The notes: generated from the letters alone by a model not told the origin. A stretch of DNA of 64,000 nucleotides from an uncultured bacterium (GCA_903832855.1 CAILDB010000014.1:64144-128143), one strand, 5' to 3'. Positions 9,520-19,626 are shown, numbered from the stretch's first letter. Program-made: numbers and translations.

Positions 9520-10362
9520 ATGGAAATAAAATATATTGATATTCACTCGCACCTTGGTTTTGAGGATTATGGCGAGGATCAAAAAGAGGTGATAAAGAGA
9601 ATGCAGGAAGCTGGGGTTGCGACTATTGTAGTGGGGGCGGATTTGGCAAGTTCAAAAGAAGCTGTGAAAGTAGCAACTGAGAATGAAAATGTTTGGGCCT
9701 GCATTGGAATGCATCCGAATCACAATGTGGTGGAAGTTTTTGATGAGAAAGAATATGAAGAACTTGTAAAAAATCCTAAAGTTGTGGCGGTGGGGGAATG
9801 TGGTTTGGATTATCATATAGCACCCGATTTGTCTTTGCGAGGTAATCCGAAGCAAACCAGACCTGATTCTCTGGATTGCTTCACTTCGTTCGCAATGACA
9901 GAGAAGAAGCAGAAGCAAAAAGATGACTTTATAAAACAAATTGAACTTGCGATAAAATACAAGAAGCCCCTTATGCTTCATATTCGTGATGCTCATGATG
10001 ACGCATATGAAATTCTTAAAAAATATGAAGGAAAAGTTTTTGGAAATTTACATTTTTTCACTTCGACATTAGAAAATGCAAATAGATTTATTGCCCTTGG
10101 ATTTACTATCTCATTTCCGGGAATTATTACCTATGTCAAGGACCTTGACACCATAGTGAAGTCAATACCCCTTGAAATGATGCACGCCGAAACTGATTCT
10201 CCATTTGCCTCTCCTGTACCATACCGTGGCAAAAGAAATGAACCGTCATATGTGATAGAAGTTTACAAAAAAATCGCTGAAATCCGTGGAGAAGATTTTG
10301 AAGTCGTTCGTCAACAATTATTAAATAATGCCCGAAGATTGTTTGATATCTCTTTTGTATAA
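9520..10362 (+). CDS. tatD: TatD family nuclease with in-frame palindromic insert
   Basis: DIHSH, IGMHP, VGECGLDY, LHIRDA, ETDSPF. Confidence 0.93.
   Translation: MEIKYIDIHSHLGFEDYGEDQKEVIKRMQEAGVATIVVGADLASSKEAVKVATENENVWACIGMHPNHNVVEVFDEKEYEELVKNPKVVAVGECGLDYHIAPDLSLRGNPKQTRPDSLDCFTSFAMTEKKQKQKDDFIKQIELAIKYKKPLMLHIRDAHDDAYEILKKYEGKVFGNLHFFTSTLENANRFIALGFTISFPGIITYVKDLDTIVKSIPLEMMHAETDSPFASPVPYRGKRNEPSYVIEVYKKIAEIRGEDFEVVRQQLLNNARRLFDISFV
9830..9900. repeat. Family A2 palindrome (GTCTTTGCGAG..GAAGCAA..C / GATTGCTTC..TCGCAATGAC) inside tatD
   Basis: Inverted arms; similar element at 40791-40862 and a half element at 27226-27259. Confidence 0.85.
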
Positions 10363-10383
10363 TTATACACAAGAAAAAGCATG

Positions 10384-10421
10384 CCCCGTAGTAAGAAATT
10401 CTGATTTCTTTACTACTGGGG
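10384..10421. repeat. Family B palindrome CCCCGTAGTAA...TTACTACTGGGG
   Basis: 10385-10420 is the exact reverse complement of 55953-55988. Confidence 0.88.
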
Positions 10422-10625
10422 TCCGTCTGCAACTTTTAGAAAATGCGAGGAAACTTTTTGGAATAAATCTGTCAAAATAACTCTATTTTAGACATCTTTT
10501 CAAATCGTTGATTTATTATTTGTATGGGTGTATAACATTATGTAGATAAGGAAGGTTCTTTGAATATATGAGATAGGAATAAATAGGGTTTGCCAAAACC
10601 TAACAACACAAGAAAGAAGGAAGTC

Positions 10626-12362
10626 ATGAAAACATTTTTGATGCTGATGCTGGTATTGCTTTGCAGTTTTGCAACTGCAGGAACTTACTATTGTTCCACG
10701 AGCGGATTATCTATATATCCGTATACGAATGCCGTTATGGCTGGAACTAATATGTATGCTGTTGCTCAAGCCATGAATACGGTCGGAGACAACAGCGGAA
10801 ACATCATCATTGTGGCGGAAGGTATTTTTCCTTGCCGTGCCGTGAAATTACAGAAAGATGTTTCCATTAAAGGCACTGGACCTGCGACCACTATATTGGA
10901 CGGAGGTTGGGTGGCCGGCAATAGTGTTCTGTCATCTCCGTGGTTGTATAACATAAATTTGGAAGTGACAGATGTTACGATACAACACGGAACCGCATCC
11001 ACCGGATATTATTCCGGCCTATCGGGTGGCGGACTGGCAGTGGATCGTGCAAATAGTGTCGTGCTGAAAAACTGTGTCATCGCTGACAATGGTGACTCTT
11101 CAACGCACTTCGGTGGTGGCATAGCAGCAGGACCAGCGGATGTAACTGCGATTGATTGTGTATTTTCAAACAATATGGCTTTGCATTCTGGAGGTGGAGT
11201 TTGGATTTACAACAATTCATCGTCGTCGTTTACGCGATGTATTTTTGAGGGCAATATGATATCCCTTGCTTTTGAAGGCATGGGTGGTGCTGGTGGCGGT
11301 TTGGATGCGGATGCCACCGACAGCAGTTTGAGTCTGACCGTGGACAGTTGCATATTCAGGAATAACATTAGCGGTTTGGGTGGCGGTCTTTATTTATCAG
11401 CAAGGCATGGAAACTCTAGTGTTCGTAATTGTCTGTTTCAAAACAATTGGGCACTTGGTAGCGCCGGATCTTCTGTTGGTGGTGGCATAATGGGTGGGAT
11501 AGTTGATTGTGTTGGAATACTGGAACTTTCTCATCTGACAATTACCGGCAACCATGCTGATTATTATGCGGGTGGAATTAAATTTGGAGGTGGCAGGACA
11601 TATCTGGAAAATTCAATTATATGGGGAAATTCTGCACCAACAAATGAGAATTGGCAGGTGAAAGATATTGATTTAATTCCGCATTCGATATCGTATTATA
11701 GGGGCAGTATCATATGCTCTTATATGTTGGTTGTTCCATTGATCGAGGATCCTCGACAATTCTACAATGTGTCGTACGTCTGCACTTCTCCTTTGACTAA
11801 CAGAGTGGAATGGCAGAGCTGTATAGACACAAATCCAATGTTTGTGACCAGTGACTGTAAACTGGACTGGTCGTCTCCGTGCGTTGGCGTATGTCCTGTG
11901 ACTACAACGACAAATGACATGCGCGGATATCCACGGCCCATACCTGGAAAAACAGGCACAGATATGGGTTGCTGGGAAATGGCAAATCCTGTCAGTGACT
12001 ACATTGGAGATAATATCCCAACATGGTGGAAAGAGCGGTACGGTCTAAATGTATTTGGCATCAGCAGTGCTGATTTGGACTTTGATAATGATAGCGTAGG
12101 CAACTACAGCGAGTGGATTGCTGACACAGACCCGACAAATAACCTATCATACCTACATATCAATAAAATATTCAAATCAACAAATACCGTTTTGTTCTTT
12201 ACAGCATCAAGCAATAGGACATACACAATCATGTCGTCGTCTAATCTAGTAAGTTGGACGACCGTTCTGACGAACTTGAATCTTGCGGGAGCAAGTCAAG
12301 TGGCGGTACCTGTGCAGAGTGTGCCGGAGTACTACCGAGTTAGAGCGCGTATGAACTATTGA
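10626..12362 (+). CDS. Secreted parallel beta-helix (Pmp / choice-of-anchor-Q-like) protein with PVC-type C-terminal domain
   Basis: Signal peptide from ATG 10626 (SD aagaagg); repeated F..N.A..GGG motifs; DMRGYPR..DMGCWE; D.DND...N..E..ADTDP; terminal YYRVR. Confidence 0.75.
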   Translation: MKTFLMLMLVLLCSFATAGTYYCSTSGLSIYPYTNAVMAGTNMYAVAQAMNTVGDNSGNIIIVAEGIFPCRAVKLQKDVSIKGTGPATTILDGGWVAGNSVLSSPWLYNINLEVTDVTIQHGTASTGYYSGLSGGGLAVDRANSVVLKNCVIADNGDSSTHFGGGIAAGPADVTAIDCVFSNNMALHSGGGVWIYNNSSSSFTRCIFEGNMISLAFEGMGGAGGGLDADATDSSLSLTVDSCIFRNNISGLGGGLYLSARHGNSSVRNCLFQNNWALGSAGSSVGGGIMGGIVDCVGILELSHLTITGNHADYYAGGIKFGGGRTYLENSIIWGNSAPTNENWQVKDIDLIPHSISYYRGSIICSYMLVVPLIEDPRQFYNVSYVCTSPLTNRVEWQSCIDTNPMFVTSDCKLDWSSPCVGVCPVTTTTNDMRGYPRPIPGKTGTDMGCWEMANPVSDYIGDNIPTWWKERYGLNVFGISSADLDFDNDSVGNYSEWIADTDPTNNLSYLHINKIFKSTNTVLFFTASSNRTYTIMSSSNLVSWTTVLTNLNLAGASQVAVPVQSVPEYYRVRARMNY

Positions 12363-12401
12363 ATTGAAAAAATCAACGAGGCTTAAAGGGCGTCGTTGGT
12401 T

Positions 12402-12431
12402 GGCGCCCGCATCGGATGCGGGCGCCTTTTT
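12402..12431 (+). terminator. Rho-independent terminator
   Basis: ggcgcccgcat-cgg-atgcgggcgcc followed by T-tract. Confidence 0.8.
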
Positions 12432-12463
12432 ATTTTCCTAAAAAATGTGTTATCGTAATGATT

Positions 12464-13339
12464 ATGGAACTCAAACATTCAGTATTAAAAACCCAAGCAA
12501 GTGCGAACTACGAGCTCTTGGATAGTGGTGACGGAGAAAAGCTCGAAAGATACGGCGAGTATGTTTTGCGTAGGCCAGATCCGCAAGCTCTTTGGAAAAA
12601 ATCATTATCTGAGGATGAATGGAAAAAAGCAGATGGATATTTTTTCCGTGAAAATGGAAAAACTGGCTGGAAAAAAAGTGTGAGTATGCCAAACGAGTGG
12701 CAAATATCTTTTGATGATTTATATTTTAATATTAAACCAACAGCTTTCAAACACACTGGAGTTTTCCCAGAGCAGGAATCAAATTGGAAATGGATTAAAG
12801 AAGTTGTAAAAAAATCTGGGCGACCAGTTAAAATTCTCAATCTTTTTGGATACACTGGAGGTGCAACCCTTGCCGGACTTTCTGCTGGAGCAGAAGTTAC
12901 ACACATTGATGCTTCAAAATCTACAATTACTTGGGCGAAAGAAAATGCAGTGTTGTCTGGGCTGAAAGATATGCCAGTAAGATGGCTTGTGGATGATGCT
13001 AGAAAGTTTGTGACAAGAGAAATAAAAAGAGGAAATAAATATGATGCAATAATAATGGACCCGCCATCCTTCGGCAGGGGAGGAAAAGGAGAAGTTTGGG
13101 AAATTGAAGGGGATATGATGAAGCTTATAGATGACTGTGCCAAAATCCTTTCTGACAAGCCACTTTTCTTTTTGATAAATGGCTATGCTTCAGGATATTC
13201 TGCCGAATCCTACAAAAACATTCTTTCCCCTACAGTAGAAAAATATGGCGGTGAAATGGAATTCGGTGAGCTGACAATTGAAGAATCAAAATCCGGCCGT
13301 CTCTTACCTTGCGGAATTTTCGCAAGGTGGAATGCATAA
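12464..13339 (+). CDS. Class I SAM-dependent methyltransferase (RlmI/RlmK-like)
   Basis: YELLDSGDGEKLERYG, LNLFGYTGG, MDPPSFG; start at 12458 or 12464 preferred over 12416, which lies in the terminator. Confidence 0.85.
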   Translation: MELKHSVLKTQASANYELLDSGDGEKLERYGEYVLRRPDPQALWKKSLSEDEWKKADGYFFRENGKTGWKKSVSMPNEWQISFDDLYFNIKPTAFKHTGVFPEQESNWKWIKEVVKKSGRPVKILNLFGYTGGATLAGLSAGAEVTHIDASKSTITWAKENAVLSGLKDMPVRWLVDDARKFVTREIKRGNKYDAIIMDPPSFGRGGKGEVWEIEGDMMKLIDDCAKILSDKPLFFLINGYASGYSAESYKNILSPTVEKYGGEMEFGELTIEESKSGRLLPCGIFARWNA

Positions 13340-13344
13340 GAAAA

Positions 13345-13494
13345 GACCAAAAATTTTGTTAGGGATGGCGATCCTGTTCCTTTTGAAATGCCTTGGGAGG
13401 AGTGGTCTGACGACGGACAGAGAAAATTTCTAGCAAGAAATTTTCGTGCAGTTCAAAAGGAATAGGTCGACAGGACCCCGTGAAATTTTTGGTC
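13345..13494. repeat. Family C long branched palindromic element
   Basis: Outer arms shared with 61183-61361 (inverted); core shared with 62301-62412 (inverted). Confidence 0.85.
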
Positions 13495-13559
13495 ATTTCT
13501 TTTCGACGATTTTGTGCTATACTATCAGTATTATCAGCTTATTAACCTAATTAAATAAT

Positions 13560-14390
13560 ATGGAACAAAATAATCAAAATACAAATGCAGGAGAAGTATG
13601 TAATTGCAAAATGTGTCAGAAATGGGGATGGTGTCCTGCAGGTAAGGGACACAAAATAGTCACAGTTATTATATGGGTAATTGTCATTGCTTTTGTTGTT
13701 AGTTTTTTTGCTGGTGGTCATGGATACAATAAAAACAATATTCAAAAAGATACAATCACCGTTTCTGGTAAAGGTGAAGTTGTAGTGAAGCCAGATTTGG
13801 CGACAGTTTCTTTTTCTGTGACATCAGAAAGTTTGGATGTTTCAAAAGCGACAGATCAGGTTAATAAAAAAATGGCAGATGTCGTCAGTGGTTTGAAAGC
13901 CGACGGAGTGGATGAAAAAGATATTAAGACTACAGATTATAGTATTTACCCAAGATATAATTATGTAAATAACGGGACCTACACATACGGAGGTACACAG
14001 GTTTTGGCAGCATATGTCGTTACCCAAAGTATACAATTAAAAATAAGAGATTTGACGAAAGCCGGACAAATTATCACAGATTTAGGAAAGTTGAGCGTTA
14101 CAAATATGGGAGGGCTTACTTTCACTGTTGATAAGGAAGACGTTGTAAAAGTACAAGCTAGAGATTTGGCAGTACAAGATGCTAGAGCTCAAGCAAAAAT
14201 TTTGGCAAAAAGTTTGGGAGTGCGATTGGTAAAAATAACTGCTTTTTCTGAATCAGGGAATTATCCGGTTTATTATGACATGATGAGTAAATCATCTCAG
14301 GGTATGGGAGCCGCCTCGGCCCCTGCTGTGATTCCTACCGGACAGAACACCATTACTTCAAATGTGAGTATTACTTACGAAATCAGGTAG
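13560..14390 (+). CDS. SIMPL (DUF541) domain protein
   Basis: TM anchor; ITVSGKGEV..KPD.A, AVQDARAQA..LA..LG, terminal VSITYEI. Confidence 0.9.
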   Translation: MEQNNQNTNAGEVCNCKMCQKWGWCPAGKGHKIVTVIIWVIVIAFVVSFFAGGHGYNKNNIQKDTITVSGKGEVVVKPDLATVSFSVTSESLDVSKATDQVNKKMADVVSGLKADGVDEKDIKTTDYSIYPRYNYVNNGTYTYGGTQVLAAYVVTQSIQLKIRDLTKAGQIITDLGKLSVTNMGGLTFTVDKEDVVKVQARDLAVQDARAQAKILAKSLGVRLVKITAFSESGNYPVYYDMMSKSSQGMGAASAPAVIPTGQNTITSNVSITYEIR

Positions 14391-14473
14391 GCCCTTGCTT
14401 TTTGTCCCGAAGTGTACTAGTATTAAAAGACCTCGGGAACGGGGTTTTTTAATAAAAATCTTACTAAAATTTT

Positions 14474-14659
14474 ATGTCAAAAATAACAGAATATATTTTG
14501 GAAACAAAAGCAGAAATGAAGCATGTGAGCTGGCCTACCAGAAAACAAACAGTTATTTATACAATAATAATTGCGGCTGTTTCTGTTGGTATCTCCATTT
14601 ATCTCGGATTTTTTGATTACATTTTTTCAGTTGCACTTCAAAAATTTATTGGGTTTTAA
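14474..14659 (+). CDS. secE: Preprotein translocase SecE
   Basis: EMKHVSWPTRK plus single TM; upstream of nusG. Confidence 0.93.
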   Translation: MSKITEYILETKAEMKHVSWPTRKQTVIYTIIIAAVSVGISIYLGFFDYIFSVALQKFIGF

Positions 14660-14677
14660 TTTTTTTCACAAACAAAA

Positions 14678-15223
14678 ATGGCAAAACAAAGTATAGAAGA
14701 AGGACGAAATTGGTACGCTATTCACACCTACGCTGGGTATGAAAATGCTGTTGCCAGAAATCTAAAACAAAGAATTGAATCCTTAAACATGCAGGACAAG
14801 ATTTTTAACGTGGTTGTTCCTGTGGAAAAAACAATAAAAATTAAAGGTGCAAAAAGGGTAGAGTCAGAAGACAAAATTTATCCAGGGTACATTCTAGTAG
14901 ATATGATGGTTACAGATGATTCTTGGTTTGTTGTCCGAAATACTCCGCGTGTTACGGGGTTTGTCGGCACAGGTGTTCACCCCGTTCCTCTTTCAAAAGC
15001 CGAAGTTGATTTCTTCCTTGGCAATATGAATAGCCAGACAGTCACCCACAATGTAGATGTCGCTGTTGGAGATATCGTAAAGATTGCAGACGGACCATTC
15101 AAAGACCTTGAAGGAAGGATTGATGAAGTGGATGCAGAAAAAGGAAAAGCAAAAGTTATGGTTTTGATGTTTGGAAGAGAAACTTCAGTCGAGCTTGATC
15201 TTTTGCAAATCAGAAAGATGTAA
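14678..15223 (+). CDS. nusG: Transcription elongation factor NusG
   Basis: WYAIHTYAGYE, YPGYILV, TPRVTGFVG, KOW with MFGRET. Confidence 0.96.
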   Translation: MAKQSIEEGRNWYAIHTYAGYENAVARNLKQRIESLNMQDKIFNVVVPVEKTIKIKGAKRVESEDKIYPGYILVDMMVTDDSWFVVRNTPRVTGFVGTGVHPVPLSKAEVDFFLGNMNSQTVTHNVDVAVGDIVKIADGPFKDLEGRIDEVDAEKGKAKVMVLMFGRETSVELDLLQIRKM

Positions 15224-15279
15224 GCTTTACTTTATTGAGCTTTTCTGATACTTTAGTCAGGCCTCTAAGCAAATTATTT

Positions 15280-15412
15280 ATCCCGTAGTAAATTTCAAAT
15301 CATTTTGTTTTTACAAGGGTTAAGTCAAATAAGTCGAAATTATTATTTTAATTAAGAAATTTCAAAAAGTTATTATAAGTATAAAAACAATTTGAAATTT
15401 TACTATCGGGAT
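15280..15412. repeat. Long family B palindromic element overlapping the rplK start codon
   Basis: atcccgtagtaaatttcaaat ... atttgaaattttactatcgggat. Confidence 0.78.
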
Positions 15413-15833
15413 GGCAAAGAAAATAACAAAAAAATTAAAACTTCAAATTCCCGCAGGGAAGGCGACACCAGCTCCACCTATTGGTCCAGCTCTTGGACAG
15501 GCAGGTATTAACATTGGTGATTTCGTCAATAAATTTAACACTGCAAGTAAAGACAGAATAGGAGATATTCTCCCGGTTATTATCACCGTTTATGAAGACA
15601 GAACATATGACTTCGTCCTAAAACAGCCACCAACAGCCAGCATGATTCTAAAGGCTTTAGGCATTGAAAAGGGCTCAGGTAAGCCAAATACAAGCAAAGT
15701 CGGAGTTCTCACAAAAGCCCAAGTCAAAGCCATTGCAGAGAAGAAAATGGTAGATATGAATGCCGTGGACATTGCCGGTGCAATGAAAATGGTAGAAGGT
15801 GCAGCAAGATCAATGGGGATAGATGTGAAGTAA
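15411..15833 (+). CDS. rplK: 50S ribosomal protein L11
   Basis: [24 protein letters not shown]. Confidence 0.97.
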   Translation: MAKKITKKLKLQIPAGKATPAPPIGPALGQAGINIGDFVNKFNTASKDRIGDILPVIITVYEDRTYDFVLKQPPTASMILKALGIEKGSGKPNTSKVGVLTKAQVKAIAEKKMVDMNAVDIAGAMKMVEGAARSMGIDVK

Positions 15834-15836
15834 GAA

Positions 15837-15914
15837 ACATCTATCGGCCGGAGGTTGACGAACCGAGGCGTGCCCAGGCAACTTTTTAGCAAAAAAGTAT
15901 GCGTGGGTGGATGT
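15837..15914 (+). other. Short structured element (family C-like core) where rplA normally lies
   Basis: acatctatc/ggtggatgt closing stem with G-U pairs; internal aactttt-tagca-aaaaagt hairpin. Confidence 0.5.
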
Positions 15915-15942
15915 CAAATAAGGCTTAAAACAAATTACAAAC

Positions 15943-15968
15943 AAAAAACCGCCTCACGGCGGTTTTTT
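15943..15968. terminator. Bidirectional terminator
   Basis: aaaaaaccgcc-tcac-ggcggtttttt. Confidence 0.8.
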
Positions 15969-16001
15969 GTTGAAAATAATGTATAATTACAAGAACATAA
16001 A

Positions 16002-16598
16002 ATGAAAAAGGAAAAAACTTTATTAATAATCAAACCGGATGGTGTAGAGAGATCTCTTATCGGCCAGATAATAAAAAGACACGAAAGGGTTGGATTGAAA
16101 CTCGTGGCGTTGAAATTTCTCGTTCCCACTGTAGAAATGATAGAGAGTCATTACACAGTAGATCCGGAATGGCTTAGGAAAGTCGGTCAAAAAACAATTG
16201 ACGGCTACAGAGCAAAAAATATTTTGCCTCCTTCGGAAGATCCTGTAGAAAACGGTAAAAATGTTTTGAGACGACTCACAAAATATATGAAAAGCGGACC
16301 GGTCGTCGCAATGGTTTGGCAGGGGGCCCACTCTGTGGGGATTGTTAGAAAAATTGTTGGTGGAACAGAACCGCTTAATTCAGATGTCGGAACTATTAGG
16401 GGAGATTTTGTTACGGACTCGTACATAATTTCTGGAGCCGATGACAGGGCGGTAAGAAATGTTGTTCATGCATCAGGTTCTGTAGAAGAAGCAGAAAAAG
16501 AAATTAAGTTATGGTTTGGTTCGAAAGAAATTTTAAATTATCGTTTGATACAAGAAGAGGTTCTATATGATGTAAATTTGGATGGAATTTTGGAATAA
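16002..16598 (+). CDS. ndk: Nucleoside-diphosphate kinase
   Basis: IIKPDGV, GTIRGDF, NVVHASGS. Confidence 0.94.
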   Translation: MKKEKTLLIIKPDGVERSLIGQIIKRHERVGLKLVALKFLVPTVEMIESHYTVDPEWLRKVGQKTIDGYRAKNILPPSEDPVENGKNVLRRLTKYMKSGPVVAMVWQGAHSVGIVRKIVGGTEPLNSDVGTIRGDFVTDSYIISGADDRAVRNVVHASGSVEEAEKEIKLWFGSKEILNYRLIQEEVLYDVNLDGILE

Positions 16599-16683
16599 AG
16601 TTTTTTATGATTCTTGACTTAGCTTTGACATCTGATAGTCTTTTCTCTAGAGAGTCGTTGTAACAAATAGAGAGGAGCTAGAG

Positions 16684-17250
16684 ATGAGAACTGCATTGTC
16701 GATCTGTGCTTTGCCTGGTGGTCACTTACCTGAACGAAAAACGCGCGGGGCAATAGGTTATGACACCTACCTTCGCGCTGTTGTATCTGCGACTGAAATG
16801 GATCCAACAAATCCAAATCTTCGCAAGACACTTTTTGACTTCGTGCACATACCGACGGATGAGACTGTTCGGCACGTTTTCACGAACGCTGATGGTAAGC
16901 ATGTTTACAGGATGGATCCGCACGAGTCGGTTCTCGTGGGTATTGGTTTCGTAACTCAGATGGTTTTCCCGATGTTTTATTGGGTAGCACCGAGAAGTGG
17001 TCTCGCCTCAAAGTGGGGCATTACGGTCACCAATGCTCCAGGCACGGTTGATCCTGATTATCGAGGCGAAGCAGGGGTCCTTGTGTACAATCGTAATAAG
17101 ACAACCTTTGATCTGGAGCACAACATGCGGATTGCCCAGATTATCTTTCAGATGGCGCTGATTCCAAGGTTCAAGGTGGTCAAGAAGGTTACTAACCTTG
17201 GACAAACCCATCGTGGAGTCGGGGGTTTTGGTTCAACGGGTTTGAGATGA
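16684..17250 (+). CDS. dut: dUTPase
   Basis: Motifs IGYD, PRSGLA, GTVDPDYRGE, RIAQ, RGVGGFGSTG. Confidence 0.93.
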   Translation: MRTALSICALPGGHLPERKTRGAIGYDTYLRAVVSATEMDPTNPNLRKTLFDFVHIPTDETVRHVFTNADGKHVYRMDPHESVLVGIGFVTQMVFPMFYWVAPRSGLASKWGITVTNAPGTVDPDYRGEAGVLVYNRNKTTFDLEHNMRIAQIIFQMALIPRFKVVKKVTNLGQTHRGVGGFGSTGLR

Positions 17251-17326
17251 TCTTTCCCGGCCTGCAGAGTACGGAACTCTGCAGGCTTTTTTGTATATTT
17301 TAATTTTAAAGAGTATAATTTAGTTT

Positions 17327-17824
17327 ATGGAAAAAGAAAACAAAAATGATAGACCAAGCTGGGATCAATATTTTATTGATATAATGCATATCGTTGGTGA
17401 GAGAGGAACCTGTGATCGTGGTAAATCCGGATGCGTTCTTGTTAAAGACAAAAGAATTATTTCCACTGGTTATGTGGGTGCTCCGGCAGGATGTAAACAC
17501 TGCGATGAATCCGGTCATGAAATGCACACTGTGATTCAGGAAGATGGTACACAATCGAAACATTGCATAAGAACAACCCATGCTGAACAGAATGCAATCG
17601 TTCAGGCTGCTAGATTTGGTATTCCAACTAACGGATCAACTATGTATTCCAAAATGACGCCATGCTATGCTTGTGCCAAAATGATTATTAATTCTGGTAT
17701 TAAGCGAGTCGTGTCTGAAGGTGATTATCATGCAGGTTCTCGTAGTAAAGAAATTTTTAAAGAAGCTGGGGTTGAGTTTGTTTTACTAAATGATGTCATG
17801 ACGACTTATGCGAATATGAAATAA
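17327..17824 (+). CDS. dCMP deaminase (ComEB family)
   Basis: RPSWDQYF, HAEQNA, PCYAC zinc motif. Confidence 0.9.
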   Translation: MEKENKNDRPSWDQYFIDIMHIVGERGTCDRGKSGCVLVKDKRIISTGYVGAPAGCKHCDESGHEMHTVIQEDGTQSKHCIRTTHAEQNAIVQAARFGIPTNGSTMYSKMTPCYACAKMIINSGIKRVVSEGDYHAGSRSKEIFKEAGVEFVLLNDVMTTYANMK

Positions 17825-17826
17825 TT

Positions 17827-18378
17827 ATGAGAAATATTTTAGCATTAGTTGGATTGCCGGGATCTGGAAAAACAGAAGCGATAAACCATCTCATGGAGAA
17901 GTATAAATGGCCAAAGGTTTACTTTGGTGATGTCACTTTTGATGAGATGAAAGTGCGCAATCTTGAAATAAATGAAAAAAATGAGAGATTTGTCAGAGAA
18001 GATTTGAGAATTAAATTTGGTCAATTGCATTACGCAAAAAAAGTTATTGAAAAAATTAAAGCTATGCAAGACCAGAATATTTTGGTTGAAAGTCTTTATA
18101 GCTGGGAAGAATATTTGGAATTTATAAAAGAATTCGGGGATGAATTTAGGGTCTTGGCTGTCTATTCTTCGCCAAATAAACGCATTGAAAGATTGGCAAA
18201 TCGTCCACATCGTCCATTAACAAGGGAAGAGGTTATTTCTAGGGATTATTCACAAATAGAGAATCTTCATCAAGCTGGCCCTATCGCTAGGGCTGATTTT
18301 ACTGTTATAAATGAAAGTTCAAAAGAAGATTTGCTTATTCAAATAGATAAAGTGATTGATCAACTCAAAATAAAATAA
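17827..18378 (+). CDS. P-loop nucleoside monophosphate / dephospho-CoA kinase-like protein
   Basis: GLPGSGKT; R..R lid; ADF.V.NE. Confidence 0.72.
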   Translation: MRNILALVGLPGSGKTEAINHLMEKYKWPKVYFGDVTFDEMKVRNLEINEKNERFVREDLRIKFGQLHYAKKVIEKIKAMQDQNILVESLYSWEEYLEFIKEFGDEFRVLAVYSSPNKRIERLANRPHRPLTREEVISRDYSQIENLHQAGPIARADFTVINESSKEDLLIQIDKVIDQLKIK

Positions 18379-18446
18379 TTGCTATTAGCTTTTTTATCTG
18401 GTATCTTTTAAATAGAGATCTTTAACTCAAACAAAAAGGAAAATAA

Positions 18447-19073
18447 ATGAAAAAAGGATTGTTTATAGTAGTGGATAGTGGAGAGGGTGCTGGAAAGACT
18501 TCGCAACTTAATCGTGCGAAAGAAACCTACGGCGATTCTTTGGTTTTGACTCGTGAGCCGGGTGGTTCGCCTTACGCTGAGGAGATTCGGGCTTTGATTT
18601 TGAAATCTCCGAATGCCAGTCAGGCTGATGCTAAGACTTTGTTTGCGCTTTTTTGGGCGGCGAGGGCAGATCATTTGAAGAATACCGTTTTACCGGCTTT
18701 GAAAGCAGGTAAGACGGTGATCACTGACCGCTTCGATTCGTCTACTTTCGCTTATCAGATTATCGCTCAAGGTGCCACAGAGCTGAAAGACTTTTTCTGG
18801 CAAATGCGCGACTTCTATTTGGGCGATCTTAAACCGGATTTGTATATCTACTTTGATATTGATCCGGTTGTCGGTCTTGCCCGTAAACACAAACAGGGTG
18901 GGGAAGAATTGAACCATTTTGAGGCACGACAGATTGATTTTCATAATCGTCTGCGTGAAGGTTTTAAAGAGTTCATTGCCCACGTTCCACACGAAGTAAT
19001 TGACGCAAGTCAGCCGATGGAAAAGGTCTGGGAGGATTTCCATGCTGTCTTGGAGAAGTCTTTTGCGAAGTAA
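18447..19073 (+). CDS. tmk: Thymidylate kinase
   Basis: GEGAGKTSQ, TREPGG, TDRFDSSTFAYQ, KPDL. Confidence 0.93.
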   Translation: MKKGLFIVVDSGEGAGKTSQLNRAKETYGDSLVLTREPGGSPYAEEIRALILKSPNASQADAKTLFALFWAARADHLKNTVLPALKAGKTVITDRFDSSTFAYQIIAQGATELKDFFWQMRDFYLGDLKPDLYIYFDIDPVVGLARKHKQGGEELNHFEARQIDFHNRLREGFKEFIAHVPHEVIDASQPMEKVWEDFHAVLEKSFAK

Positions 19074-19084
19074 CTTCGCAAAAG

Positions 19085-19113
19085 AAAATGGCATCCACGT
19101 GGATGCCATTTTT
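19085..19113. terminator. Bidirectional terminator between convergent tmk and folA
   Basis: aaaatggcatccacgtggatgccatttt. Confidence 0.78.
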
Positions 19114-19128
19114 GTTGCCCGAGATTTC

Positions 19129-19626
19129 TCATCTTCGGACGAACTCTTGAAAAGTAAAGGCACATGAATTCCTGTCGTCTTTGTCGTGGTGTTCTGATGA
19201 TACCAGATTCCAGTCTTCTTTTTCAAAAGCCGGAAAGAAAGCATCACCTTCACATTCGGTAGAGACTTCAGTAATATAAAGTTTGTTTGCTATTGGTAGG
19301 AACTGTTTGTAGATTTCACTTCCTCCGATAACAAAAACCTCCTCTGTGGCGTTTGAAAACATTTTGATTGCTTCATCAACAGATTGGACCACTACACAGC
19401 CGGGAGCGCTGAAATCACTTTGTGAAGTGATAACCACGTTTTTTCTGTCTGGAAGCCCGTGTCCCAATCTTTTGACTATGGATTCATAGGTTTTTCTGCC
19501 CATAATTACTGTGTGACTTTTGGTGATCTTGGCAAAATGCTTCAGATCATCAGGAAGTTTCCACGGAATATCTCCTCCTTTTCCAATCACACTATTTTTG
19601 GCTTTTGCCACAATTATAGATATCAT
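19129..19626 (-). CDS. folA: Dihydrofolate reductase
   Basis: IG..GDIPWKLPDDL, MGRKTYESI, LPDRKN, VIGGSEIY, GDAFFP. Confidence 0.95.
   Translation of the reverse strand: MISIIVAKAKNSVIGKGGDIPWKLPDDLKHFAKITKSHTVIMGRKTYESIVKRLGHGLPDRKNVVITSQSDFSAPGCVVVQSVDEAIKMFSNATEEVFVIGGSEIYKQFLPIANKLYITEVSTECEGDAFFPAFEKEDWNLVSSEHHDKDDRNSCAFTFQEFVRR

Noticed and set aside
12508-13158. 216-aa minus-strand ORF and similar antisense ORFs throughout
   Set aside because: Shadows of well-supported genes on the opposite strand
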